Shown here: piece after piece, positions 23,016-39,286 of the stretch
How positions within the stretch are numbered: the stretch's first letter is position 1
Layout: each line of letters begins with the position of its first letter
Made by a program: the position numbers and the translations under genes
Assembly (NCBI RefSeq): GCF_000281045.1
Contig: NW_008246071.1
Span: 66,350-130,349, forward strand
DNA from: Saprolegnia diclina VS20
Lineage: Eukaryota
Direction of reading: 5' to 3'
Length of the DNA: 64,000 nt
The notes under the pieces: model-generated
Told to the model about the DNA's origin: nothing
Databases searched by the model: none
What the model saw: the letters and a program-made list of their open reading frames with translations, nothing else

Positions 23016-24449
23016 ATGAATCGAACGCTCAGTCGGTCCAACTCGTCGCCGTCAGTCAACTACCTGCAGCGCAAATCCTCGGTGACGACGACGCCGACGG
23101 CCAAAGCCACCAGCGCCGGCCTCGCCAACTTCGCCAAGCTCACGTGCTCGATGAGCTACAAGAACCGAACGTCCATGTTCGTCGAAGGCTCGGGGCGCGA
23201 CAGCGTGAGCCAAGTCGAGCTGCGCCCGACCGAGGACAAGTACATGCGCATGAGCACGGCTAGTACTTATTGCAGTAGCCGCGACAGCAACGCAAGCAGC
23301 CTCAGCACCATGGTGTCGACGCGCATGACATCCGAGAAGGTAGTCGCGCGCCCGTCCGTCGCGCTGCCCATCTCGACGATTGCTGAGAACCCGGACGCAA
23401 CCGACGCTGAGATCAAGAAGATGCAGACCAAGCGCGCGCTTCGTCGCATGTGCCTCGAGATGAACCTCGCCGAGGCCGACGAAGACTCGGACGCCAAGGT
23501 CACGTCGGACGACGACGATGTGGACAGCGACGACGAGCTCGCCAAGAAGCTGCTCCAGCTCCAGCGCATTGACGACAGCGACGACGACGATGACGACGAT
23601 ATGATGCTCTCGGCGCCGGCGTACAAGAAGAAGACGAAGGAGTTCCAGCCCAGTGACACGGTCACCATTTCAAAAGCCGAGCTCCGCCAATTCCAGACGC
23701 GACTGAAGCAGCTGGAGGAGCTCTGCGCCGACCAAGCCGAGAAGCAGGCCGCGCTCGAGACGAACATTGAACGCGAGGTGCGCGCGCGGACGCGCCACCT
23801 GGAGGCGCAGGTGCAGGAGAAGATCGAGGAGCTCACGATGATGCGCGAGCTGGACATGGACAAGGAGATCGAGCGCCGGTTCACCGACTTTTCGCTTGCG
23901 ACCGGACTCTCCAAGGAATCGGACCGCAAGACCAAATCCAAGTCGAAGAAATCCTTCTTCCACCGGCCGTCGACGCTTGCCGCGTCGGGCAACTCGGAGC
24001 TCGAGCAGTTCCGTGAGTTCCTCATGAACAACTCCAAGCGCATGAGCGAGCGGCTCCGCGAGACGGCACAGTTCAACGGCGACCTACCGGCCCACAACGC
24101 CGATGCGTACTACGAGGCGTCGCAGAATGAGCTCATCGAGATGCTCGAGAAGCTGCGCACGGTCGCGTATGACCAGGACGAGCAGCTCGAGCAGGCCAAG
24201 TACCTCATCAGCGTAGCGATTGCCAAGATTGAAGCGGCGGACGAAGTCGTCAACGAAGCCTTCGAAGAGCTCGGGAAGATGGACTCGCGCCTCGACCGCG
24301 CGAGCCAGGAAGTCCAGGAGCTGCGTCGGTCCACGATGAACCTCTCGATGCTCTCGTCGAGCTCGGCAGGGTCGCGGACGCCGTCGATACACTACCAACC
24401 ACCGCCGCAGCCGCACTACGCAATGGCGTCCGGCGCGCCCCGGCGATAG
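23016..24449 (+). CDS. Hypothetical coiled-coil protein, single exon
   Basis: Long ORF with strong GC3 codon bias; Ser-rich N-terminus, acidic tracts, heptad-rich C-terminal half. Confidence 0.8.
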   Translation: MNRTLSRSNSSPSVNYLQRKSSVTTTPTAKATSAGLANFAKLTCSMSYKNRTSMFVEGSGRDSVSQVELRPTEDKYMRMSTASTYCSSRDSNASSLSTMVSTRMTSEKVVARPSVALPISTIAENPDATDAEIKKMQTKRALRRMCLEMNLAEADEDSDAKVTSDDDDVDSDDELAKKLLQLQRIDDSDDDDDDDMMLSAPAYKKKTKEFQPSDTVTISKAELRQFQTRLKQLEELCADQAEKQAALETNIEREVRARTRHLEAQVQEKIEELTMMRELDMDKEIERRFTDFSLATGLSKESDRKTKSKSKKSFFHRPSTLAASGNSELEQFREFLMNNSKRMSERLRETAQFNGDLPAHNADAYYEASQNELIEMLEKLRTVAYDQDEQLEQAKYLISVAIAKIEAADEVVNEAFEELGKMDSRLDRASQEVQELRRSTMNLSMLSSSSAGSRTPSIHYQPPPQPHYAMASGAPRR

Positions 24450-24527
24450 ACGTGGTATTTCTCTTTAACTTATAAAAGCAAGATTGTGAGTGCGCAGCTT
24501 GGTGTCTACAGGACCTTGTGTATAATA

Positions 24528-25646
24528 CTAGGGACTCAGGACGCAGATGGGGCACTTGGACTGCGAGAGGAGCCACTGCGACAAACGAAAGTCATTGCCA
24601 ACAAAGTCCACTGGGCCGTAGTACCTGGTCGATGCAGCACGAGTGAAACATGTGCAGGCACGGCAGCGCGCGCACCTCTTGGTCCTCGTGAAAGTCGTGG
24701 AGGCAGATCGAGCACTTGGTGTTGCCGCTCGGCGCTTTCGGCGTCGAGTACTGGAACGCTGGCATCTCGATGATGGCCGACGGCAGCATGCGCCCCGACT
24801 TGCCACTCTGTGTAAGAGCGATAAGAACTTGTTGGGAGAAAATGGAGTGCAATAAGACCTCGAGGTACTGCGACTCGAGCCGCCGGACGTTGCGGAGGAG
24901 TGAGAGCAGGCGCTACGACGGGAGTGAGGCACTTGTCTCCAAGCTCGCGGAGCTGTACCATGTTCTTCTTCTGCAGCGCGCCTGTGGTCGGCGACGCGGG
25001 CGCCGGCGGAAGTTGCCTGCAACGTCACGCATGAGCAAATAGCGACGACGCAATAGAAGAGAGTGTACGAAGCAGTCGCCGCGTCAAAGTCGAGAAGCTG
25101 CAAGGCCAAGCTCTCTGGCTCGTCCGTGTCACATGACGCGACCGAGATGAGCCCAGGCGCGAGGCGCGACGCCGCCGGCTGGACGTCCATGGCATTGGCA
25201 TCCAGCTTCAAGGTTTCGTCCCAGTCCAGCCGGCTGCCAAGGGACGATGACGTCTGCCGGCGGCGGGTCATGGCCGCAGCGTCAAGGCGCGGCGCGTATT
25301 TCTTGAGAAAGTCGTCCTCCTTGTCTGCCGTACTGTCATCAACCTCTTCGGGCTCGCACTGGCGCATCTCTTCTTGGAGAATGCGCGCGCTCTCCGTGTC
25401 CTCGTTCCAGATCGTCGCGGCGCGTTTGTTCCAGCGCGACTGAGCAAACGCAGCATGAGCCACGCTTCTACCTTCAGGACATCGGCAACGTACATGGCCA
25501 TTCTGCCCGTGCATGCACTGGTTCAAGTGTTCCGTGAGCCACTTCATCGGGCGCGACGGAGTTTCGATTCTGCAAGTGCAAAGTGGTGGTTGGATCGACC
25601 GCCGGAGGGTACTCGTATAAGGTAATTTCTGGCCATCGACGGTCAT
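24528..25646 (-). CDS. RING-H2 finger E3 ubiquitin ligase-like protein, multi-exon; start uncertain
   Basis: Spliced CSICLHDFHEDQEVRALPCLHMFHSCCIDQ|WLLSQSKCPIC. Confidence 0.8.
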   Translation of the reverse strand: MTVDGQKLPYTSTLRRSIQPPLCTCRIETPSRPMKWLTEHLNQCMHGQNGHVRCRCPEGRSVAHAAFAQSRWNKRAATIWNEDTESARILQEEMRQCEPEEVDDSTADKEDDFLKKYAPRLDAAAMTRRRQTSSSLGSRLDWDETLKLDANAMDVQPAASRLAPGLISVASCDTDEPESLALQLLDFDAATASYTLFYCVVAICSCVTLQATSAGARVADHRRAAEEEHGTAPRAWRQVPHSRRSACSHSSATSGGSSRSTSRSYCTPFSPNKFLSLLHRVASRGACCRRPSSRCQRSSTRRRKRRAATPSARSASTTFTRTKRCARCRACTCFTRAASTRYYGPVDFVGNDFRLSQWLLSQSKCPICVLSP

Positions 25647-26483
25647 GTTCCAGGCATCGCCCTTCGCCGCACTCACCACGCTAGTTCAAACACAACTGAC
25701 TCGTGCACACTATACACTTGTATCGACACTGCAGCGAGCGCAAGGCCAAGCTCTTCTGTACACATCCGGCGTTGTCTTATGGCGGCCACGATCCATTGCT
25801 CGCATTGCTCGTAATTACCTTAAATCCGACTTCATGCGGAGCGGATGATTCTTCACACTTCGATCGCGCGCTGATTGGACCAATTCTAAACTCTCGCCGC
25901 GGATTGGTGCATTGCAAATCTTTCGGCCGGCGCCAAGGCGCTGTCGGGACGCGTTGGCGCCAACGCGGCCGCCCGAGCGCCCCACGACCCGATGGCGCGC
26001 GAGCAGTAGCACGTCAGCAACAGTGTAGGCAACGCACGCGGCGTCCTTGCTGCAAGCTACTTCTCGAACTCGTTGCCCATCGGCGCCAATCCTGCTCATA
26101 TGGCGAAGCCGATCAAGCTGTGCCGACTAGGTCACAGCCATCCGCGCCGCCGGACCCAAGCGGATGGTCGTTGCTCGTACCACGCGTGTGCGCATGCAAG
26201 GCCGCGACCAATGTGAGGCATCACTTATCGACGAGCGCTTTTTCATCCAACCAGGCGCATAGCACTCTTCCTACACATTGCGATGAACTCATGCACGCGT
26301 GGTCTCAGCACGTGACCTCTCACAAAGCTCTCACAGCTCCAAGAGGCGCGGCCGTGCCCCGTCGCCAGAGTGGGACGTTGAATCAAGTGCCCTCCCGTAT
26401 CCGGCAAGATCGCGGCCGTATCCGGAGATTCACAAACCTCAAGTGGTCGACCGATGCAAGCGCCGGACGCCACGCGCAAGCCA

Positions 26484-27293
26484 ATGGCCGTGCCCGAGAT
26501 GAGCCACGAGTACATTCCGATCGACGATAACCGGCCGCTGAGCCTTCACGAGCCAGAGGTCCGCGGCCGCGTCCCGGCCAAGCTCGGCCAAATCGGCGTG
26601 CTCACGCTGCTCATGGGCATTGGGCTCTTCTTCGTCGGCGCCGTCAACCTCAGCGAGAGCACGCAAGCGCCGACAATCGACGCGCCGCTGCGTCTGGACA
26701 TCGAGACGCCGCCACCGCTGGACGCCATGCTGACCGAGCCCATCTTCCCGTTGGACTCGTCGTTTCACCACTACACACTCTCGGCCGACGACGAGGGCGA
26801 CGGGTACGTGTCCGCCGACGGCCGCGCCTTTCGAAGCGACCACACCAACCTCTTTGGCCGCGGCGTCACGGGCAAGATCGTGTCGGTCGACGGTAATGCA
26901 TTCCTTATCCGCAGCAACGGCGAGTGCTGCCGCTTCATGGACCCTGGCGACGAGATCCTCCTCAAGCCGCAGAGCTTTGCCAACTACCTCTCGGTCGGCG
27001 CGGCCGAGTTTGACTCGGGGCCGGCGACACTCTGGTGCGTTCTCTTCGCTGCTCTCGCGGCCAACCCCACTGTGCGTAGGGCGGACCCGGAAGAAACAAG
27101 TTTGTTTTGGGTCGACGTCCACGGACTACCCCTGCGCTGGGACTACATTCCCAAGTCACCGCTCGGGAAGCGCATCACGGCGGGCAAGATGATCTCGATG
27201 GTCTACGCCAACTTTACCACTGGCACAGTCGCCGCGCCGCTCTTTGACGTGCCGGCCAGCTGCACGACCGCCCAGCGCTGCCGATTCGACTAA
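26484..27293 (+). CDS. Single-TM protein with an ependymin-related (EPDR/LolA-fold)-like ectodomain
   Basis: One TM helix (GVLTLLMGIGLFFVGAV); beta-rich domain with CC, FWVD..PLRW and C-terminal NFTTG..LFDVPASC. Confidence 0.5.
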   Translation: MAVPEMSHEYIPIDDNRPLSLHEPEVRGRVPAKLGQIGVLTLLMGIGLFFVGAVNLSESTQAPTIDAPLRLDIETPPPLDAMLTEPIFPLDSSFHHYTLSADDEGDGYVSADGRAFRSDHTNLFGRGVTGKIVSVDGNAFLIRSNGECCRFMDPGDEILLKPQSFANYLSVGAAEFDSGPATLWCVLFAALAANPTVRRADPEETSLFWVDVHGLPLRWDYIPKSPLGKRITAGKMISMVYANFTTGTVAAPLFDVPASCTTAQRCRFD

Positions 27294-27323
27294 CTAAGTA
27301 ACGCATACAATGACTCGTGTCGA

Positions 27324-29852
27324 CTATGGTAGCATCAACGAAAGCACTTGGCTGTGCAGCTTGAGACTCGCTCCGTGGCGCAGCGGACCCGCGTCCCCCG
27401 CCGAAAACACGTACCTACCATCGTAGCTATAAGAGAGATGTGCGCGATGCCATACTTACGGCAGCGCGCAGCAGAGCGTCCGGCCACTGGGCAGTGAGGC
27501 ATACTCGAAGCCAAAGACCACTTGCTCCGTCTCGTCCATCTGCTCACTTGTCAACTTCAAGATCCACGTATCGCTCTCACCTTGATGGTCAAATGCAAGC
27601 TCAGAACGCGGGCCGAGACGACGTACACGCGACGCAGCTGCGCGTGTTCGACGGGCTTGGCACTCCCCACAGCACACTGAAAGCACTGCACGTACACGGC
27701 CATGTCGCAGCCAGGCCAGACCTACGTTTGTCATCGACGGTCGGCACGACAAGCAGCATGATACCGTGTCGTGCAGCGACGCCGCCGACGTAGTAAAGAA
27801 GAAGCGGTGGCCCATGGCGCACTCGTACTCCATGCCAGCATGCGCGACGAGCTGTTCGGTCGCCTCCTTCATCGACGGTTTAGTCGCCTTCTTGGAGCGG
27901 CGACCCGAAGCGTCTCGGTACCAAGCCGAGAGACAGCCGAACTTGGGCACAAAGCCGTCCATGGTCAAGGCGAAACCTTCGACCGGGTCGTACAGATGGC
28001 ACTCGCCCATGTCCATCAACGTCGCGCCCTACACCATTCGGCGTTTCTTCTCCGAGTGACAAGCGTAGCGTACCGACGCTGCTTGCAACAGCGTGTGACT
28101 GCGGCAACACGCAAGTCGCCAGCGCGGATCCGCATTGCTCTACCATGTAGTACATCCATGACGCACGGTGGTGACGACGGCGCTTACGCTTGCGGAGAAG
28201 ACGTCGGGCATTCGGTGCAGCGAGAGGCCGCATTGACACGCCACATGCAGATACACGCCACTCGTGTGCGCATGATCAGCTTCGTCGTCATCGTCGCGGA
28301 GCACGACGGTGCACGGCTGGTTCTACGCACGTTCAATGATCCTTCGGCGAACGTGGAGCAGCGTAGTACGGCGATGCTCACTGCGTCACAGAGCCGCCGG
28401 CCATTCGAGCGCCACTCGGCGTCGCACGCGTCTCGAATGTTCTTTGCAAATTCTTTTGCAAACGCATTGGTGCGGCCGACGCAGCGCGCAAATTCGGCGA
28501 GTGTTCTCTCGACGCGGGCGGCATGGACGCTGCGATTGCATGCGTCGGGCCGCTCGGCCACGTAGCGCTTCACGGCCGGTCCATACTCCTACGTCCACAG
28601 TGCAGACAAGGAAGCGAGAGCGAGGCTGCCAGTACCCGCGCACACAGGTCGTGGGCAAAGGTGCCCGTGATGTCCAGCGACTCGTAGAGCGACAGCGCGT
28701 CGCTGGAAGCGTCGTCGACCGCAGCGTCCACGTGCGGCGAAGTAAAGACCGCATTCTCGATGAAGATCCACTGGAGAAGCAACTGCACGTGCTGCAGCCA
28801 CGCGCCGAGGGCCAAGACGCCGTCGTCGTAGCTGTCTACTGGGGCGCAATGAGACATGTGGGCACGCGGCGCGCGTTCGTACGCTCGTGCAAAAAGCTGT
28901 CGAGGGCCTTGGAAATGTACTGGATCGCGTGCGGGACTCCGATCGAGTCTTCGTCGTCAAGCGGCTGCAAGAGCTGCTTGGGCGGAAGGCTCGCATCTTG
29001 CGCGAGGTCGAGCACCGCCGCCATGCGATCGAGCAAGTTGCAATCGGTGGTCGCGACCTTGCGTGAGACAGCAACGACCGTGTGCGATGAATCAAGGACA
29101 AAGAGCCGCCGCTCCTTCCCGGCAGCTTGCCCCGGCACGTCCTTGATGCGAACGGAGCCGACGACGTGGTTGCGCAGTGGCTTGATCGTCGCGGTCACAC
29201 GCGCCTCCATCGCCTTGCAGAACGTCATCATCGCAGACCGACCTTTGTTGGAGCGCACGGCAAGCTCGGGCGGCAGCGGAAAGACGTACGAGAGGATGGG
29301 CACGAGCCGCCCGGGCGCAAACGCCGACGTCGAGAGCGGTGCATGCGTCTTCTTGGCATGTGCTCGCAGAAGCTGGAGAAGCTGGTGCTTGGCTTGCGAT
29401 AGCGTCCGGTACAAGCGCGTCTGGCTCGTGCTCACCCGTGCTTCGTCCTTGACCATGTACAACACGTGGCAGCTCGTGAAGAAGAGAAGGTGCAGCTTGG
29501 CACGATCAACGTCCACGTCGGCCCGTGGCTGGCCAAGCGGGTAGTGGTACACGCCGAGCATCACGGCGAGGTGGCGCTCGTGGTCGTAGTAGAGACGCAC
29601 GTCGCTGCCATGCACTTTGGTCGTCTGTGCATCGTAGTCGCTCGTATCGGCAAAGACGTAGCGCCCGAGGAGCCGGTTGGCAAAGCGAGCCGTGGCGTCG
29701 GCGTCGGCGCCGAGCACGCCGACGACGACCGCTGGTCGACCTTCCTGCTGCAGCGCCGTGAGCAAGCTGGAGGACGCCGGCGGCGATGGATAGAGCGCGA
29801 CCGCAGCGTTGCGCAGCAGCTCGACCGGCCCCGGCGGCAATGGCGGCGCCAT
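27324..29852 (-). CDS. SMG8: Nonsense-mediated decay factor SMG8-like, multi-exon
   Basis: N-terminal G-like domain (VVVGVLG, LLFFTSCHVLYMV, GRLVP); GRRLCDAVS; GMEYECAMGHRFF. Confidence 0.75.
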
Positions 29853-30131
29853 GTTCGGATACGAATCCATTGTATCCGGACCGGATTCCGCCAAAGATTT
29901 GAAAATAAAATGTGTGGCCGGCAAATTGGGCATAATAAAATGATGCTTTCGGCGTATTTATTTGGGCAATGCCGTGCTTTTATGCTCGTTATACCTTGGG
30001 TTGTAAGGCACTGGTGAATAAAAAGCCCGCGGGTTTTGGTATATTATTATTCGAGTGGCGCGTGAAACTCCCTGTGCTTGGTTTGGAGAAAACTTTTTTT
30101 TGGCGAAATTTGCGGCAGGTCCGTCGACGAC

Positions 30132-32309
30132 ATGGGGGACACGAGCCGAGGTCGACGCGCTCCGAACGCGCGGCCCGCCCGCGGCAATGGCTATAGCAAC
30201 CAGTCGGCCATCGCAGGCACGGGCATCAAGAGCGGTATGACCGTCGAGGTACGCGGACGCGGCGAACAAGGCGACCGCTCATGCATGGACCTAGGACCTC
30301 AAGCGATTGACGCAAAAACGCATGCAAGAAGCCACGGTGGGCATCGCGCCAGTGATTACCGCCGAGGTTATAACGCCCAAGGCCAAGCCTACGATCGCTG
30401 TGCCCGTGGTGCCGCCGCCATTTGTGCCGAAAACCGGCATGACGGTCCAGGTACCACGCCGCGACCTGCCACCAGGTCGCGCTGATTCGACCACCGCTAG
30501 GAGCTCAAGCAACTGACGACGCTGCGCCTCGCGCAGCAGAGCGTGGGCACGCCGACGCACCAAGCGCAAGCGGCTACGAACGAATACAAACCTCCGATGA
30601 ACCAATATTACGCGCGCAACGTGACGGCGGGCAGCACGCCGACCTCGTCACCGGGTGGGACGCCGAAACGACAAACGAATCGCTCGTCGTTTACGTCCGA
30701 CATTCCCACACCCAAGCAAGCCAGCAGGGCGGCGCCGCCGGCGGTGCAGCGAAATGGCCAGGCCAAGCGCATGCCCGATGACCGCTCCATGATGTATGCC
30801 AACCATGGCGGAAGTCCCAGCCAACAGCAGCAGCATCTCCAAGCAGCCTATTCATCGACGCCGCAATACGAAAAGGTACCAAGAACCTCATGTGGACCAC
30901 ATGCTCATCGTGTCGCAGCCGTATCCGTCCGCGAATACAATGGCGCACGACTACGCGGTACTCGTCTGCTTCCTCTCTTCCTACAAGATCTCATGATGAT
31001 GCAGTCGGTCATGCGGCAGCAAATGCAGTTTGAGAACGAGTCGTTTCCGCCGCCGCCACCCGTCGATGACTCGGGCTCGTTCCTCTCGTCGTCGGCGATG
31101 CCGTCGTGGTCGCCGCCCCCCGCACGGGTCAAGACCATGGAGCCTGGTGGTCGCCCCGTACGTCATCCTACTCTTAGCGCGTGCGATCTCATGCAATCGT
31201 AGGTGTCGCTGTATGGTCAGTCGACGTTCTATGTCCAGCCCATGTCGACGTCGTCCGACGACGAGACACCGACGTTTCTCAGTCCGCCGCCGGGCCTCAC
31301 GCGACGCCCGTCGATGACGGTGCCGTGGCAAGTCGCCGAGTCGGTGCTCCACACGCCGCAGCAGCCGTCGACGCGCAAACATATCGGTGACAAGGTCAAG
31401 GAGACCAACTTGAGCCAATTCTCGGCGCAAAAGCCGATGCAGAGCCCGCCACGTATGCCGTTGCACCGGTCGACGTCGTCGGCAGCGGCTGCGGCGGCCG
31501 CGGAGCTCAACATGACGGGCCTTGTGCGCCAAAAGAGCAACGACGGTCCGCCGTCGCTCGGGCGCCGCGGCTCATTTGGGAACGCGGCGCAGCTCTTCAA
31601 GTTTCGCCGACGCAGCAAGAGCCGCCTCGACGTGGCGCGGGACATTGCGCTCATGGAGCAAAACGAACACGAACGCATGCTCTCGATCGAGGAGAACAAG
31701 ATTCGGTCCAACTCGGACGACCTCGGGTCCCTCGACGATGTGCAGCCCTACACGCCCGAGATGGGTACGCGTTCTCGATCGTTGGCGATCGTAGCGACAA
31801 GGTGTCTCTTGCTGTAGCCGACAATGACTTTTTGCCCATGTACAACCAGCGCTCGGTGCCGCGCCTCAACATCCCGCCGCCGCCGCCGCCGATGGACGAC
31901 AGCAGCGACGATGACGAGGCGTACCCGACGTCGCCAAGCCAGCTCCCGATGATGAGCCCGAATGGCGCCAAGCTCCGCAAGGTCGCGCAGCTCGCGCGCA
32001 GCGGGACGCTCAGCAACGAAGACAAGACGCGCGCCAAGGACGAAATCATTCAAAACTCGCTCGTACGCCTCCCTCGACGCCTTTACGATCTTACGATCCG
32101 CGTAGGGTCTCGGCGCGCTGAGCATGCTCGATGACGAGTCGACGTCCCGTGGCATTGCGCGCGCCAAAGTGAGTCTGGAGGAGCGGCTCGCGCAGGCAGC
32201 GCAGCGCGTAGCCGACTGCGTCGCACGCGGCGACATGGTCGAGTTCAACAAGGCGATGACGGAGCTCGACATGCTGCGCCACGAAGCGAGTCAGTTGATG
32301 CAGCAATGA
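30132..32309 (+). CDS. Hypothetical low-complexity protein, multi-exon
   Basis: Chain of codon-biased exons separated by GT-AG introns; Pro/Ser-rich; C-terminal helical segment. Confidence 0.6.
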
Positions 32310-32377
32310 GACAATTTGTGTATGGAGTCCAGAGACGTAGTCGTATGATGAGATAAAAAAAGCGTCGTTTCAAAAAT

Positions 32378-34921
32378 CTACATGTCCAAATACGTGGCAA
32401 GGCGCGCGAGCGTTGCTACATCGGCCTCGTACTGCTCGAAATCGTCGCCGTCCCACTTGATAACGGTCAAGATGTCGTCGACGACGTCGCCACGGAGCGC
32501 CGGATGCCGCAGTTGCGTGCAGGCAACGTCGCTGTGTCGAACAGCGCGAGGCCCAAAGCTCCGCATCCGCGCTATCGGGTTGGCGCAAAAGACTGCGATG
32601 CGGAGGCAGAGTTCGCAGCCGCAGTGGACGTTGGCATCGTCGATGGACCAGTCGAGCTGCGGCAGCACGCCTTTGATGAAAGCAATGGCCTGCAGAGGCG
32701 GCCACGCGACGGACGCGACCATCCGTAGCGCCTCTCGCTTCGTCGGGTACACTTGCTCCAGCATCTCGAACAGCGGCACGACGACGCGCCGGACGAACTC
32801 GAGGTTCTTGTTGCCGTGGTCCATCATCAAGCAATACCAATCGAGGAGGCTGATCGCAGGCCCCAGCGGCGCCTCGAGCGTCAAGAGTAGATGGAAAATG
32901 TCTTGGACGATCGTGGCGAGGTCGCGCAGCGGCAACGTGACGTGCTCGAGCGCCGAGACCCACACGCGAACGTCCAGCAGAAAGGACGGCACGTCGTGTC
33001 GTGGCCATGCCACGTTGGGATGCACGAGCAGCTGCGCTGCCACGTGTAGCGTGCTGCGGCGCTGCTCGGGCGTCGAAGGTTCGCGCATGCACGACAAGCG
33101 CGGCACTAGGATGTCAGCGACCGCCCGCGCGTCCAGCGCCAAGAGTGCCTGGACCGTCTCGGCGTCAAACGCCAAGAGCGGCGCGCAATGGAGCGAGGAG
33201 AGGACATGCGGCGTGTACGCGGATGCGATCGGGTGCGGCAGCATCGCGGCCGCAACGACGGTGACGGCGCCCAGAGGCGCAAAGCTCGCGCGCTGCCGCT
33301 GGACGACACGCGAGGTTTTTAGGTATAAGTACCGGTCGATCGTCTCGTGGACGGCTGCCGGCAAGCGGTTGCCAAACCAGACGTCGCCAGTGGCCGTGGC
33401 GTCGTGCACGAAGGCGTCGAGGCGCAGGAGCAGCGTCAAGAGGCGCTTGGCGCTCGATCGATCGAGACGCACGTCGTCAAGGCACACAATAAGGCACAGG
33501 AGCACGTCGCTGCAGCGCTTGGCGAGCTCGGCCACGCGCGGCTGCCTCAAGTCGACGATCGCACTGATCTCGGTGAGCCGAGCGATCACGTCGGGCCACG
33601 TCTTGGCGCTACTGCAGCGCTTCTGCAGTGCGTGCGCGAGGACCTCCCAGCCGTACTTTGCTGTCACTTGCCGCAGCCACGCGCTTGCAGGACCGTGCGT
33701 AGAATATGTCTGGATCAACGCGACGACGACGTACTTCATGTCCCGCGCGAGGACATAGCGGGCAAAGGCGCAGGTGGCGTCGCGTGGGATGAGCAAGCGG
33801 TCGTCTTTGCCGGGCATCGCCAGCGTGTCGACGAGCGCCATCGCGAGCGCGGTTGCCGAGCGGTACCCGAGCCACGATCCCTCGTAGAGGCTACGACAGG
33901 CCGCGCGAAAGCCAGCGATCCGCGCGCGGTGGGCTTTGGGCCAAAAGACGAGGAGCGTTTGGGCCTGTGTCTCGAACGCAGCGAGGATCGCATGGACCGA
34001 GATCGTCGCCAAGCCGGCTTGGACCTGCGCGGGGATGTGGCACGCGTCGTGGCAGATCGCGTCCAAAATATCGAAGGACGTTTCAGCTCCATTCAGCGGC
34101 GAAGCGCGGACGAGCGCAACGTCCATCGTGGCCACAAGCGCACGTACGATCGCTTCCTTCGCCCCGTCGCCCGGCGCCAGGAGACTGGTCGTGCTAAAGG
34201 CACCTGTCCACGGGAGCGCGTAGACGTCGTCACCTTGGCGAGGCAAGACGGCTTGGACGCGAAGAAGCTCCAGTGGATCCGGCAGTTGACGCCCAAAGAC
34301 AGCGTACACAAACACGACGAGGTGCCCACCGGTCGATCGCTCCAGCGCGATCGTGTCAGCGACGTCAAGCTGGACCAGGGCTCGAGGGCCAGCGTTCCTC
34401 CACGTCGCTGGCGTTGTCGGGCGCGCCGCTCGCGACGGTGCTTCGATGGCGACGTAGGCAATGGCGCCGTCAACGGCCACCTTTGGCAGCCATCGCGTGT
34501 AGTCGGTGCCAGCAGCATCGACGACGACATGCGAAAGAACAAAGTCGCACGCTGCATCCAAGCCGAGCAGCGCGGCGGCCCCGCGCTTAGCGGTGAGCCA
34601 CGCTAGTGTCCCGAGCCCATTACGCTCGACGCGAACGTACGACGCATCAATGTGGCACATCGCGACGTCGCCTGTCCCGTATGCGTCCATGAGGCTGCGA
34701 GCGAAGCTTCGAGTAAGTGGACATCGGACAGGGTGGTCGAAGTCGGCGACGACCAAGTCGACCGTGAAGACGTCGCTGTACGCGCCCAGCACCACTGGCA
34801 CCGACCGCGCGCCGAGGAGCGCAAAGGCTTGCAGGAAAAGCCGGTGGTCGCTCATGAGGTCGGCGGTAGAAGTCAAATCGACGAGTGCAAATTCCGGAAA
34901 AGGCCGCGCTGGGAAAAGCAT
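32378..34921 (-). CDS. Large intronless hypothetical protein of a lineage-expanded family (possible degenerate 2OG-Fe(II) oxygenase-like N-terminus)
   Basis: 847-aa ORF from ATG 34921; TGGHLVVFVY resembles the 2OG-dioxygenase 'G-x-R-x-x-L-x-Y' strand without the catalytic residues (weak). Confidence 0.6.
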   Translation of the reverse strand: MLFPARPFPEFALVDLTSTADLMSDHRLFLQAFALLGARSVPVVLGAYSDVFTVDLVVADFDHPVRCPLTRSFARSLMDAYGTGDVAMCHIDASYVRVERNGLGTLAWLTAKRGAAALLGLDAACDFVLSHVVVDAAGTDYTRWLPKVAVDGAIAYVAIEAPSRAARPTTPATWRNAGPRALVQLDVADTIALERSTGGHLVVFVYAVFGRQLPDPLELLRVQAVLPRQGDDVYALPWTGAFSTTSLLAPGDGAKEAIVRALVATMDVALVRASPLNGAETSFDILDAICHDACHIPAQVQAGLATISVHAILAAFETQAQTLLVFWPKAHRARIAGFRAACRSLYEGSWLGYRSATALAMALVDTLAMPGKDDRLLIPRDATCAFARYVLARDMKYVVVALIQTYSTHGPASAWLRQVTAKYGWEVLAHALQKRCSSAKTWPDVIARLTEISAIVDLRQPRVAELAKRCSDVLLCLIVCLDDVRLDRSSAKRLLTLLLRLDAFVHDATATGDVWFGNRLPAAVHETIDRYLYLKTSRVVQRQRASFAPLGAVTVVAAAMLPHPIASAYTPHVLSSLHCAPLLAFDAETVQALLALDARAVADILVPRLSCMREPSTPEQRRSTLHVAAQLLVHPNVAWPRHDVPSFLLDVRVWVSALEHVTLPLRDLATIVQDIFHLLLTLEAPLGPAISLLDWYCLMMDHGNKNLEFVRRVVVPLFEMLEQVYPTKREALRMVASVAWPPLQAIAFIKGVLPQLDWSIDDANVHCGCELCLRIAVFCANPIARMRSFGPRAVRHSDVACTQLRHPALRGDVVDDILTVIKWDGDDFEQYEADVATLARLATYLDM

Positions 34922-35081
34922 CTTGACGACCACACGTCGCTCAAGCTTGTGCTTGGACAGCGTGTGGAGAGACCTCGACCGCGTAGATCGTGAGCTTCGA
35001 ACCTCTACAAGATGGCGCGATCGAGCCTGTGCTAATGCTTGCCGCCGGTTCAATTCCGCCGACAGCTCGTCATCTTGTACA

Positions 35082-39286
<4,205 letters not shown>

